Origin: an uncultured Lachnospiraceae bacterium
GTDB taxonomy: Bacteria > Bacillota > Clostridia > Lachnospirales > Lachnospiraceae
Reading direction: 5' to 3'
Length of the DNA: 48,207 nt
Assembly (NCBI GenBank): GCA_945868485.1
Contig: CAMBLS010000001.1
Location: forward strand, 1-48,207
Position numbers and translations under genes: made by a program. Every line of letters starts with the position of its first letter. Positions within the stretch are counted from its first letter, which is position 1. Below are positions 1-8,935 of this stretch, piece by piece. A model generated the notes under the pieces. That model was not told the origin of the DNA. It saw only the letters and a program-made list of their open reading frames with translations, and did no database searches.

Positions 1-2262
1 GAGCAGCAGCTTGAGGAAGTTGCCAAGGCAATGTTTGACAAACCAATAGCTGAATTAAGTGATCAGGAGACCTACTATGTGGTTCTGACACTTACCAAGA
101 GACTTATGGCGGTTTCAGATGGAAATGTAGGAGAGAAGAAGATTTATTATATCTCTGCAGAATTTCTGATTGGAAAGCTTCTGTCCAACAATCTGATCAA
201 CCTTGGTGTTTATGACAAGATTGAGGAAATATTAAAGAAGAATGGAAAGAGCCTTTCTATAATTGAGGAGATTGAGCCTGAACCCTCACTTGGTAATGGT
301 GGACTTGGAAGACTTGCAGCATGTTTCCTTGATTCTATTGCAACATTAGGACTTCCCGGAGAAGGAATTGGGCTTAACTACCACTTCGGCCTTTTCAAAC
401 AGGTATTCAAGGATAAGCTCCAGAAGGCAGAAAAAAATGATTGGATTGAAGAAAATTCATGGCTTACTAAGACAGATGTTACCTTTGATGTTTTCTTTGG
501 AAAAAAGAAAGTTACTTCTCGTTTGTATAATATTGATGTGGCAGGATATGACAGTGGTGTCAATAAACTCAGACTATTTGATATTGAAACCATTGATGAA
601 AGCCTTGTAGAGGATGGTATTGATTTTGACAAGGAACAGATTGAAAAGAATCTTACTCTGTTCTTATATCCGGATGATTCTGATGAGGCAGGTAATCTGC
701 TCCGTATTTACCAGCAGTATTTCATGGTATGTAATGCAGCGCAGTTGATTTTACGTGAGATGAAGGAAAAGAAATATGACCTTCGCAAGATGTATGAGCA
801 TGCAGTTATCCAGATTAATGATACCCATCCTACTATGGTTATTCCTGAACTGATCCGTATTTTAGTTGAAGAAAAAGCATTTACCATGGATGAGGCAATT
901 GATGTAGTAAGCAAGACCTGTGCTTATACGAATCATACCATTCTTGCAGAAGCACTGGAAAAATGGCCTCTTGCTTACCTTGAAAAGGTAGTTCCCCAGT
1001 TGGTTCCTTACATCAAAGAGCTGGATAAGAGGGTAGCAGCTAAGTATGATGATCCCAAGGTTCAGATTATTGACAAGGATGGCAGAGTACACATGGCACA
1101 TATCGACATCCATTACGGATTTTCTGTAAACGGTGTTGCTGCTATTCATACAGAAATTTTGAAGGATACAGAATTAAATGCATTCTACAAGATTTATCCT
1201 GAGAAGTTCAACAACAAGACTAACGGTATTACCTTCAGAAGATGGCTGATGAGCTGTAACCGTGAGCTTACAGGATTCTTGTCACAGACCATTGGAGACG
1301 GCTTCAAGAAGGATGCGGATAAGCTTGAAAAGTTATTAGAGTATAAGGATGATCAGGCAGTACTTGACCGTCTGGCAGAAATTAAGATGAATCGCAAAAA
1401 AGATCTTGCTGCTTATGTGAAGGAAGCTGAAGGAGTAACCTTAAATCCTGAATCTATTTATGACATTCAGGTTAAGAGACTTCATGAGTACAAACGCCAG
1501 CAGATGAATGCACTTTATATTATTCATAAATATTTGGAGATTAAGAATGGCAAGAAGCCTGCAAGACCGCTTACCTTTATCTTTGGTGCAAAGGCAGCTC
1601 CTGCATATGTGATTGCACAGGATATTATTCATCTGCTTCTGGTGCTTCAGGAGATCGTTAATAATGATCCCGATGTAAGCCCTTACATGACAGTGCTTAT
1701 GGTAGAAAATTACAATGTAAGCTATGCAGAAAAGCTGATTCCTGCATGTGATATTTCTGAACAGATTTCCTTAGCATCCAAGGAAGCATCAGGTACTGGT
1801 AACATGAAGTTTATGTTAAACGGTGCAGTAACACTCGGAACAAGTGACGGTGCAAACGTAGAAATCGACGAACTGGTTGGCGAAGATAACATTTACATTT
1901 TTGGTGAAAAGTCAGAAGCTGTCATTGCTCATTATGAAAAGGCTGACTATGTATCTAAGGAATTCTATGAGAAGAGTCCTGTAATTAAGGAAACAGTAGA
2001 CTTTATCGTTAGCGAGCAGGCTCTCAAGGTTGGTCACAAGGAAAACTTAGAGCGCCTTTACAAAGAGCTTCTTAATAAAGACTGGTTTATGACGCTGCTT
2101 GACCTTGAAGACTATATTGCAACCAAGGATAGAGCATTTGCAGATTACGAAGACCGTCAGAAGTGGAAAAAGATGATGCTTGTAAACATCGCAAAAGCCG
2201 GATTCTTCTCATCCGACAGAACCATTGCCGAATATAACAGAGACATCTGGAAATTGAAATAA
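1..2262 (+). CDS. glgP: Glycogen/maltodextrin alpha-glucan phosphorylase (GT35); 5' end probably lies upstream of the window
   Basis: Motifs [28 protein letters not shown] and PLP-lysine motif [10 protein letters not shown]. The frame is open from base 1 ([10 protein letters not shown]) to the ATG at 31, so the true start may be earlier. Confidence 0.95.
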   Translation, partial: EQQLEEVAKAMFDKPIAELSDQETYYVVLTLTKRLMAVSDGNVGEKKIYYISAEFLIGKLLSNNLINLGVYDKIEEILKKNGKSLSIIEEIEPEPSLGNGGLGRLAACFLDSIATLGLPGEGIGLNYHFGLFKQVFKDKLQKAEKNDWIEENSWLTKTDVTFDVFFGKKKVTSRLYNIDVAGYDSGVNKLRLFDIETIDESLVEDGIDFDKEQIEKNLTLFLYPDDSDEAGNLLRIYQQYFMVCNAAQLILREMKEKKYDLRKMYEHAVIQINDTHPTMVIPELIRILVEEKAFTMDEAIDVVSKTCAYTNHTILAEALEKWPLAYLEKVVPQLVPYIKELDKRVAAKYDDPKVQIIDKDGRVHMAHIDIHYGFSVNGVAAIHTEILKDTELNAFYKIYPEKFNNKTNGITFRRWLMSCNRELTGFLSQTIGDGFKKDADKLEKLLEYKDDQAVLDRLAEIKMNRKKDLAAYVKEAEGVTLNPESIYDIQVKRLHEYKRQQMNALYIIHKYLEIKNGKKPARPLTFIFGAKAAPAYVIAQDIIHLLLVLQEIVNNDPDVSPYMTVLMVENYNVSYAEKLIPACDISEQISLASKEASGTGNMKFMLNGAVTLGTSDGANVEIDELVGEDNIYIFGEKSEAVIAHYEKADYVSKEFYEKSPVIKETVDFIVSEQALKVGHKENLERLYKELLNKDWFMTLLDLEDYIATKDRAFADYEDRQKWKKMMLVNIAKAGFFSSDRTIAEYNRDIWKLK

Positions 2263-2297
2263 GAAGTAAAATAAGGTTAAAGAGAGAAATAAAGTAA

Positions 2298-2330
2298 GAA
2301 ACCGCGTCAGATTAATTCCGACGCGGTTTT
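2298..2330. terminator. Bidirectional intrinsic terminator
   Basis: AAACCGCGTC...GACGCGGTTT inverted repeat between convergent genes. Confidence 0.85.
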
Positions 2331-2336
2331 CATATT

Positions 2337-3893
2337 TTAAACTAATCGTGTTGTCCATCTGGTGCAGTCCCACACATCGGTAGCAAGTCCTTCGTAAAAG
2401 TCAGGCTCATGGCATACCATAAGGATGCTTCCCCTATATTCCATCAGAGCACGTTTTAGTTCTGCCTTGGCATCTACATCCAAATGATTAGTGGGCTCAT
2501 CGAGTAGGAGAAGATTGGTTTTCCGGTTGATGAGCTTACAGAGACGTACTTTTGCCTGTTCACCACCGCTTAATACCTTGACTTTGCTTTCGATATGCTT
2601 AGTCGTGAGACCGCACTTGGCCAGAGCAGAGCGCACCTCATACTGAGAGTAACCGGGGAATTCTTTCCAGATTTCTTCAATACAGGTGGTGCTAATGCTC
2701 TGGTCCATTTCCTGCTCAAAGTATCCGATACTTAAATAGTCGCCTTGTTCTACAGTGCCGGAGAGGGGCTTAATGAGTCCGAGGATGCTTTTAAGTAAGG
2801 TAGTCTTTCCAATTCCGTTGGCACCGGTAAGGACAATTTTCTGTCCACGTTCCATCTCAAGATTTAAAGGGGAGGACAGTGGTTCATCATAGCCAATTAC
2901 AAGATCTAAAGTCTGAAAAATATAGCGTCCGGGTGTGCGAGCCTCTCTGAAATGAAATTCAGGCTTGGGTTTCTCACCGGCTAGTTCAATTACGTCCATC
3001 TTATCCAGTTTTTTCTGGCGTGACATTGCCATATTTCGTGTGGCAACTCTTGCTTTATTTCTTGCAACGAAATCCTTCAGGTCTGCGATTTCCTTCTGTT
3101 GCTTATTGTAGGCAGCCTCAAGCTGTGCCTTTTTCATAGCGTAAACTTCCTGAAATTTGTCATAGTCCCCGGGATAGCGGTTTAGTTCCTGATTGTCCAT
3201 GTGGTAAATCAGATTGATGACACTGTTAAGGAATGGAATGTCATGGGATATCAGGATAAAGGCATTCTCGTAATCATTCAGATATCGTTTCAGCCATTCG
3301 ATGTGCTCTGCATCCAGGTAGTTGGTGGGCTCGTCCAGAAGGAGAATATCGGGCTTTTCCAGAAGCAGCTTTCCGAGCAGTACCTTGGTACGCTGCCCAC
3401 CGCTTAAATCGGTAACATCCTTATCCAGTCCTAAATCAAGAAGTCCAAGTGCCCTTGCAACTTCCTCAACTTTAGAGTCAATCAGATAGAAGTCATGGGC
3501 TGTCAGAAGATCCTGTATTGTGCCAAGCTCCTCCATATATTGTTCCATTTCATCTTCAGTGGCGGTTCCCATCTTATCACAGATTTCGTTCATCTGCGTT
3601 TCCATATCAAAGAGAAAATCAAAGGCAGAGGAGAGTACATCCCGAATTGTCATTCCCTTTTCAAGGGAGGTGTGCTGATCCAGATAGCCCACACGGACGT
3701 TTTTTGCCCACTCAATCTTGCCCTCATCAGGCATCAGTTTGCCTGTAATGATATTCATAAAGGTGGATTTCCCCTCGCCGTTGGCTCCAATCAGACCGAT
3801 ATGCTCGCCTTTTAAAAGGCGGAAGGAGACATCCTGAAAAATGGCTCTGTCTCCAAATCCGTGTGTTAAGTGTTCTACATTTAAAATGCTCAT
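2337..3893 (-). CDS. yfmM: ABC-F family ribosome-associated ATPase (YfmM-like)
   Basis: Two NBDs (GANGEGKS/LSGGQ/LDEPTN and GANGIGKT/LSGGE/LDEPTN), no TM segments; N-terminus MSILNVEHLTHGFGDRAIF resembles B. subtilis YfmM. Confidence 0.85.
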   Translation of the reverse strand: MSILNVEHLTHGFGDRAIFQDVSFRLLKGEHIGLIGANGEGKSTFMNIITGKLMPDEGKIEWAKNVRVGYLDQHTSLEKGMTIRDVLSSAFDFLFDMETQMNEICDKMGTATEDEMEQYMEELGTIQDLLTAHDFYLIDSKVEEVARALGLLDLGLDKDVTDLSGGQRTKVLLGKLLLEKPDILLLDEPTNYLDAEHIEWLKRYLNDYENAFILISHDIPFLNSVINLIYHMDNQELNRYPGDYDKFQEVYAMKKAQLEAAYNKQQKEIADLKDFVARNKARVATRNMAMSRQKKLDKMDVIELAGEKPKPEFHFREARTPGRYIFQTLDLVIGYDEPLSSPLNLEMERGQKIVLTGANGIGKTTLLKSILGLIKPLSGTVEQGDYLSIGYFEQEMDQSISTTCIEEIWKEFPGYSQYEVRSALAKCGLTTKHIESKVKVLSGGEQAKVRLCKLINRKTNLLLLDEPTNHLDVDAKAELKRALMEYRGSILMVCHEPDFYEGLATDVWDCTRWTTRLV

Positions 3894-4021
3894 AAGTGCT
3901 CCTGTAGTTTATGTTGTATGGAGGCAATGTCTTGATTGGTTACATTGTCATCCGTAGATTTCTCTATGTATTTTAGCATATCTTTTAGGGATTGGGAAGG
4001 AAAATAAATATATTGCAATTA

Positions 4022-4050
4022 TGGCAATTTTGCAAGTAATTTGATATAAT
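4022..4050 (+). promoter_or_regulatory. Putative sigma-A promoter of rubrerythrin
   Basis: TGGCAA-17 nt-TATAAT with TG extension. Confidence 0.55.
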
Positions 4051-4147
4051 AAATAACAACAGATCAGTCTGAAAATATTAGCGTATTCATTTATAAGCAA
4101 AGAAGACTGGGCTGTTACAAAAAGTATTTTGACAGGAGGATATGAAT

Positions 4148-4684
4148 ATGGATTTAAAAGGATCAAAAACAGAAGCAAATCTTATGGCAGCCTTTGCAGG
4201 AGAGTCACAGGCAAGAAATAAGTATACTTATTTTGCATCCAAAGCAAAAAAAGATGGATATGTGCAGATTGCAGCTATCTTTGAAGAGACAGCCAATAAT
4301 GAGAAAGAACACGCAAAGATGTGGTACAAGCTGTTGAATGATGGCATCGGATCTACTGTTGATAATCTGAAGGAAGCTGCTGAAGGCGAAAATTACGAGT
4401 GGACGGATATGTATGCAACCTTTGCTAAGGAAGCAAGGGAAGAAGGATTTGATAAGATTGCAGAACTGTTTGAAGGCGTTGCTGCGATTGAAAAGGAACA
4501 TGAAGAAAGATATCGCAAGCTTCTTGCAAATATTGAAGGAGATTTGGTGTTCTCCAAAGATGGAGATGTAGTTTGGCAGTGTGCAAACTGCGGACATATC
4601 TGTGTTGGAAAGAAGGCACCTGAGGTTTGCCCAGTTTGCTCACATCCTCAGAGCTATTTCCAGGTTAAGGCTGAGAACTATTAA
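4148..4684 (+). CDS. rbr: Rubrerythrin
   Basis: [13 protein letters not shown] and EKEHE diiron motifs plus C-terminal CxxC...CPVC rubredoxin domain. AGGAGGA ends at 4140, favouring ATG 4148 over 4142. Confidence 0.95.
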   Translation: MDLKGSKTEANLMAAFAGESQARNKYTYFASKAKKDGYVQIAAIFEETANNEKEHAKMWYKLLNDGIGSTVDNLKEAAEGENYEWTDMYATFAKEAREEGFDKIAELFEGVAAIEKEHEERYRKLLANIEGDLVFSKDGDVVWQCANCGHICVGKKAPEVCPVCSHPQSYFQVKAENY

Positions 4685-4716
4685 TCAGTCCAGGGAAATC
4701 ACAGAAAGTTTGTAAT

Positions 4717-4758
4717 AAGAGGCTTCTGTTGCAGAAATCAGCAATAGGAGCCTCTTTT
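4717..4758. terminator. Bidirectional intrinsic terminator
   Basis: AAGAGGCTTCTGTTGC / GCAATAGGAGCCTCTT stem (with G-U pairs) and T tail, between convergent genes. Confidence 0.85.
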
Positions 4759-4765
4759 AGCTTAA

Positions 4766-5992
4766 TTAACAATGTTCTTCAAGCCAGCGCATTGCAGTGT
4801 ACGCATAGACAGCGCTTCCTCCTGCAAGAACGGATTCATCAAATTTTACCTTAGGATGATGCTGGGGATAGCAGTAGCCCTGCTGTGGAGTTCCTGCGGC
4901 TAATGCCAGCATAATGGAAGACACCTCTTGACTTACATAAGCAAAATCCTCAGAACCGGCAGTTTTTGGGGCCTTTTCAGGACCGGACATGGCATTGAGC
5001 TGACCAGCAGTAAATGCCTTTTCGGGACCTAATAATTCTTTTACATATTTAGCAGTGCACACAGATAAATCAGGATTATTTACCAAAGTGGGACATCCGC
5101 TTCCAAAGCTTACTTCTGCTTTTGCACGGAAGGCGGAAGCGATGTTCTGTGAAATTTCTGCCATTCTATCCTTGAGGAAAGAACGGACTTCCTCATCGTA
5201 GGTGCGGATAGTGCCGCCCAATTCTACAGTGTCCGCGATGACATTGGCAGCACCTCCACCGTGGATGGTTCCAATGGTGAGAACTGCCTCATCGGATAAA
5301 GCCAGCTCTCTGGCATTGATTTCCTGAAGGGCGGTGACGATGTGGGCTGCTACGTTGATTGGGTCAACACCATTGTTGGGCATAGAGCCGTGGCAGCCTT
5401 TCCCCTGAATTTGAATGGTAAAATAATCTGCTGCAGGTGCACTGACACCGCCGTCACATACGACCACAGTACCGGAGGGCATTGGTAAGCCTGCCATAAC
5501 ATGAATCATAAGAGCAGCATCCACATCAGGGTTTTTGAGCACGCCAGCTTCTATCATATCATGGGAACCTTCAAAAATCTCTTCTGCAGGCTGAAACATC
5601 AGTTTAACTGTTCCGTTGATTTCGTCCTCATGTTCCTTTAGCAGTCTGGCAGCACCTAACATCATAGTGGTATGCATATCGTGACCGCAGGCATGCATCT
5701 TACCGGTCTTTGAGGGAAATTCCACATCAGCCTCTTCCTGAATTGGCAGGGCATCCATATCGCCGCGGATTAAAAAAACCTTTCCGGGCTTTTTGCCACC
5801 GGCAAGGACGGTCAGGCCGGCTTTTCCGCAACAGACGGGTTCATAGCCCATGGAAGTTAATTCCTTTTTTACAAATGCAAGAGTCTCTGTCAGGTCAAAG
5901 CCTGTCTCAGCGTGAGTGTGTAAATAGCGTCTGGCGGTAATCAGCTCTTTTTCATACTTGGCTGCTTCCTGTAAAAATTCTTCAGCTGTCAT
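4766..5992 (-). CDS. M20 family amidohydrolase (hippurate hydrolase/aminoacylase-like)
   Basis: RGDMDALP, MHACGHD, FQPAEE, GSEDF and HHP motifs. Confidence 0.92.
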   Translation of the reverse strand: MTAEEFLQEAAKYEKELITARRYLHTHAETGFDLTETLAFVKKELTSMGYEPVCCGKAGLTVLAGGKKPGKVFLIRGDMDALPIQEEADVEFPSKTGKMHACGHDMHTTMMLGAARLLKEHEDEINGTVKLMFQPAEEIFEGSHDMIEAGVLKNPDVDAALMIHVMAGLPMPSGTVVVCDGGVSAPAADYFTIQIQGKGCHGSMPNNGVDPINVAAHIVTALQEINARELALSDEAVLTIGTIHGGGAANVIADTVELGGTIRTYDEEVRSFLKDRMAEISQNIASAFRAKAEVSFGSGCPTLVNNPDLSVCTAKYVKELLGPEKAFTAGQLNAMSGPEKAPKTAGSEDFAYVSQEVSSIMLALAAGTPQQGYCYPQHHPKVKFDESVLAGGSAVYAYTAMRWLEEHC

Positions 5993-6138
5993 TTTGTGTG
6001 TTCCTCCTTTTTATTAAAGAAAATATGAATTTTGCGTTTTAACAAATAGAAAACAGTATAAGAAGATTAAATTGATTAATATATATCATAACCTAAAATA
6101 ACGGGAAATAAAATAAGAATTGTTGAAGGTCAGAATCA

Positions 6139-6167
6139 TTGCATACATAAAGTGGATTTGTTATAAT
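6139..6167 (+). promoter_or_regulatory. Putative sigma-A promoter for the S1-HAD-CPBP genes
   Basis: TTGCAT-17 nt-TATAAT with TG extension. Confidence 0.65.
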
Positions 6168-6229
6168 AAAAATCATTTTGAGTGAAAGATGATTGGATAA
6201 TAATAGCAGAGTGTGTATGGAGGACGAAA

Positions 6230-7138
6230 ATGGAAGAATCGATGAAGGACTATGAGAAGGAGCTTGAAGCATCTTTTCGTACAATCAATGAAGGAGATGT
6301 AATAAAGGGAACCGTTATAGATGTGAATGAGGAAGAGGTAACCCTTGATCTTAAATATTATGCACAGGGGATTATTAAGGCAACAGATATGAGTGATGAT
6401 CCCGGGTTTTCAATCAAAGAAGATGTGAAAATTGGCGATGTGATAGATGCAACGGTGATTCGCATGGATGATGGACAGGGAAATATCCTCTTGTCTAAAA
6501 AGGAAGCAAACGCAGTTCTTGCGTGGGATGTACTCACACAGTATATGGAAGAAAAGAAAGAATTGTCTGTTAAAGTCAGTGAGGTAGTAAACGCAGGTGT
6601 GGTTGCTTACGTGGAAGGAATCAGAGGATTTATTCCGGCTTCCCAACTGGCACTTTCCTATGTGGAAGAGTTGGAAGTTTATCAGGGGAAGAAGTTGACT
6701 GTAGGAGTCACAAATGTAGATCAGGACAAGGAAAAGCTGATTCTTTCGGTAAAAGAGATTCTTAAGGAACAGGCAAAGGAAGAGCACGACCACAAGGTGG
6801 CAATGATTGTTCCCGGAACTGTTTTGGAGGGAACTGTGGAAAGCTTGCAGCCTTATGGAGCATTTGTAGATTTGAAGGATGGATTAAGCGGCTTGGTACA
6901 CATCTCGCAGATTTGCCAGAAGAGGATTAAAAAGCCTTCGGAAGTGCTAAAGGTTGGCGATAAAGTGAAAGTGAAGGTTTTGAACACCAATGATGGCAAA
7001 ATTTCGTTGAGCATCAAGGCTGCTGCAGAAGAACAGGAAGCAGAGGAAATTGAAAATACAGATACTGAGCAGTACAGTTCAGGAGAGAGTCTGGGTACAA
7101 GTCTGGGAGATTTGTTTGCCAAGCTGAATTTAAAGTAG
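6230..7138 (+). CDS. S1 RNA-binding domain protein (short ribosomal protein S1-like, three S1 repeats)
   Basis: S1 repeats (GDVIKGTV; GIRGFIPASQL; YGAFVDL..GLVHISQI). GGAGGA RBS supports ATG 6230 rather than GTG 6182. Confidence 0.85.
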   Translation: MEESMKDYEKELEASFRTINEGDVIKGTVIDVNEEEVTLDLKYYAQGIIKATDMSDDPGFSIKEDVKIGDVIDATVIRMDDGQGNILLSKKEANAVLAWDVLTQYMEEKKELSVKVSEVVNAGVVAYVEGIRGFIPASQLALSYVEELEVYQGKKLTVGVTNVDQDKEKLILSVKEILKEQAKEEHDHKVAMIVPGTVLEGTVESLQPYGAFVDLKDGLSGLVHISQICQKRIKKPSEVLKVGDKVKVKVLNTNDGKISLSIKAAAEEQEAEEIENTDTEQYSSGESLGTSLGDLFAKLNLK

Positions 7139-7215
7139 TTCTGCCCAAACAGAGGCAGGAGCCAAAAATGAGTATCAGTTTATAAGAAACGAAACAGGAG
7201 AAAGGGTCATGAAGG

Positions 7216-7884
7216 ATGTTTAGATACTGCTTATTTGACCTGGATGGTACATTGACAGATCCAAGGGAAGGAATTACCAAATCTGTGCAGCATGCACTGA
7301 GGGCTTTTGGAATTGAAGAGTCTGATTTAACTAAGCTGGAGCCTTTTATCGGACCGCCACTTAAGGACAGCTTTATGGAATTTTACGGTTTTACGGAAGA
7401 ACAGGCGGTAAAGGCAATTAAGATATATCGTGAGCGCTTTGCGCCAATCGGTGTTTTGGAAAACCAAATTCTTCCGGGAGTATCACAGATGCTGGAAAAA
7501 TTGCAAAAAGCAGGAATACATCTGGCAGTGGCGTCCAGTAAACCAACGATTTTTGTCAGGCAGATTTTACAGCACTTTTCGATTGAACAATATTTTGATG
7601 TGATTGTAGGAAGTGAACTGGATGGCACAAGAGGCACCAAGGAAGAAGTGGTTGAGGAGGCATTAAGGCAACTGGGTGTTTTGACTATGCAAGTGGATAA
7701 AAGGCATAGCAGCTGTGCCATGATAGGAGATCGCAAGTTTGATATGCAGGGGGCGAAGGCTCATGGAATTACCGGAGTAGGAGTTGAGTTTGGCTTTGCA
7801 CAGCCGGGAGAGCTTGAGGCAGAAGGCGCTGATTATATTGCAAATACGGTAGAGGAATTGCAGGAATATCTGTTAAAGGATTAA
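7216..7884 (+). CDS. HAD-superfamily hydrolase (nucleotidase/phosphoglycolate phosphatase-like)
   Basis: FDLDGTL motif I, ASSK motif II, IGDRKFD motif IV. Confidence 0.9.
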   Translation: MFRYCLFDLDGTLTDPREGITKSVQHALRAFGIEESDLTKLEPFIGPPLKDSFMEFYGFTEEQAVKAIKIYRERFAPIGVLENQILPGVSQMLEKLQKAGIHLAVASSKPTIFVRQILQHFSIEQYFDVIVGSELDGTRGTKEEVVEEALRQLGVLTMQVDKRHSSCAMIGDRKFDMQGAKAHGITGVGVEFGFAQPGELEAEGADYIANTVEELQEYLLKD

Positions 7885-7901
7885 GAGACAGGGGATACTT
7901 T

Positions 7902-8783
7902 ATGAATTTTTGGAAGATGATTAGCAAAAGATGGAGCAGGCAGGAAATTGCTTCATGGGGGTCACTTAAGAAAACTGCCTATATCATTCTACCGCTTTTA
8001 ATTTATTTTGTGGTTCATGATGTGGCAGAAATTTTGTTATGGGCAGGGTTAAATCAGCTGATGTTGAAAAGCAGCGAGGGCATAAATATATTTTTCATGG
8101 ATCATGCTTATACGGTTAGAGGAATTGTGAATGGGCTGGCGATTCTGCTTGGTGTAGCTGCAATCTGGGGAATTGTAAAGAAGGAAATTGAACGGTCAGA
8201 AAGGCAGGGAGTTTTTTTTACTTCTACAGAAAGTATTTTGACGGGTTATATGTTTCTTGGAGTGTTTGCATTCCTGGCATCTTTAGGGCTGAATGTACTA
8301 TTTAATTTTTTGAAATTTACAGCCAGCTCTCAATCATTTGCAAATACAGCAGAAGCACAGTTTGGGGTGGAATTTTTGACAGGAATCATCCTGTATGGGA
8401 TTGTTTCTCCCTTTGCGGAGGAAGCGGTTTTCAGAGGAGTAATTTATAATAGAATGAAACGGTGTTTTAATTATCCCATTGCGTTGGTGATTTCAGCGCT
8501 GCTGTTTGGGTGCTATCATGGAAACGTGGTGCAGGCAGCTTATGGGACTATATTGGGGGTGTTGATTGCATATGTTTATGAAAAGTATGACAGCTTTGTT
8601 GCACCTGTGTTGTTTCACAGCATTGCAAATGTAGGGATCTTTGCAATTACTTATTATGATGGGTTAAAAAAGTTGAGTATACCGGCTTCTGTTTCGATTA
8701 TTTCTGTGACATTAATTGGTTCTATCATATGTTTTATTTACGTCAGAAGGATTAAATATTCAGAAAAATCATCTGAAAAATAG
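7902..8783 (+). CDS. CPBP (CAAX/Abi) family intramembrane metalloprotease
   Basis: Multi-TM protein with EEAVFRG, FGCYH and HSIAN motifs. Confidence 0.88.
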   Translation: MNFWKMISKRWSRQEIASWGSLKKTAYIILPLLIYFVVHDVAEILLWAGLNQLMLKSSEGINIFFMDHAYTVRGIVNGLAILLGVAAIWGIVKKEIERSERQGVFFTSTESILTGYMFLGVFAFLASLGLNVLFNFLKFTASSQSFANTAEAQFGVEFLTGIILYGIVSPFAEEAVFRGVIYNRMKRCFNYPIALVISALLFGCYHGNVVQAAYGTILGVLIAYVYEKYDSFVAPVLFHSIANVGIFAITYYDGLKKLSIPASVSIISVTLIGSIICFIYVRRIKYSEKSSEK

Positions 8784-8807
8784 AAATTGACAAATTATCT
8801 GACAATT
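8755..8807. promoter_or_regulatory. Three CodY-like boxes upstream of gltB
   Basis: AATATTCAGAAAAAT (8755), AATCATCTGAAAAAT (8767) and AATTATCTGACAATT (8793) versus consensus AATTTTCWGAAAATT: 2, 3 and 2 mismatches. Confidence 0.6.
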
Positions 8808-8823
8808 AAATAAAAAGTCTATG

Positions 8824-8852
8824 TTTACAACCAGGTAAAATAGGTGTATATT
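8824..8852 (+). promoter_or_regulatory. Putative sigma-A promoter of gltBD
   Basis: TTTACA-17 nt-TATATT. Confidence 0.6.
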
Positions 8853-8860
8853 AATCTTGC

Positions 8861-8903
8861 AAGTCGCAATGGAGCGCACAACGCTCTCATTGTGGCTTTT
8901 TTT
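8861..8903 (+). terminator. Leader terminator/attenuator of gltBD
   Basis: AAGTCGCAATG-GAGCG / CGCTC-T-CATTGTGGCTT stem followed by a T7 run, between the predicted promoter and the RBS. Confidence 0.75.
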
Positions 8904-8935
8904 ATTGCTTGTATTTAGCAGGAAGGAGATAAGCC

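Noticed and set aside
2337-3893. ABC-F as an antibiotic-resistance (ARE) gene
   Set aside because: It resembles the housekeeping YfmM subfamily, and no leader attenuator or mobile context is visible.
6162-6180. Fur-box-like TATAATAAAAATCATTTTG (14/19)
   Set aside because: Much of the match comes from the -10 hexamer in AT-rich DNA, and no iron-related gene follows.
7902-8783. CPBP/Abi protein as phage defence or bacteriocin immunity
   Set aside because: Housekeeping context with no precursor peptide nearby.
8824-8839. TTTAC-AACCAG-GTAAA as the first ANTAR hairpin
   Set aside because: The loop lacks G4, it overlaps the predicted -35, and it is 25 nt from the second hairpin.
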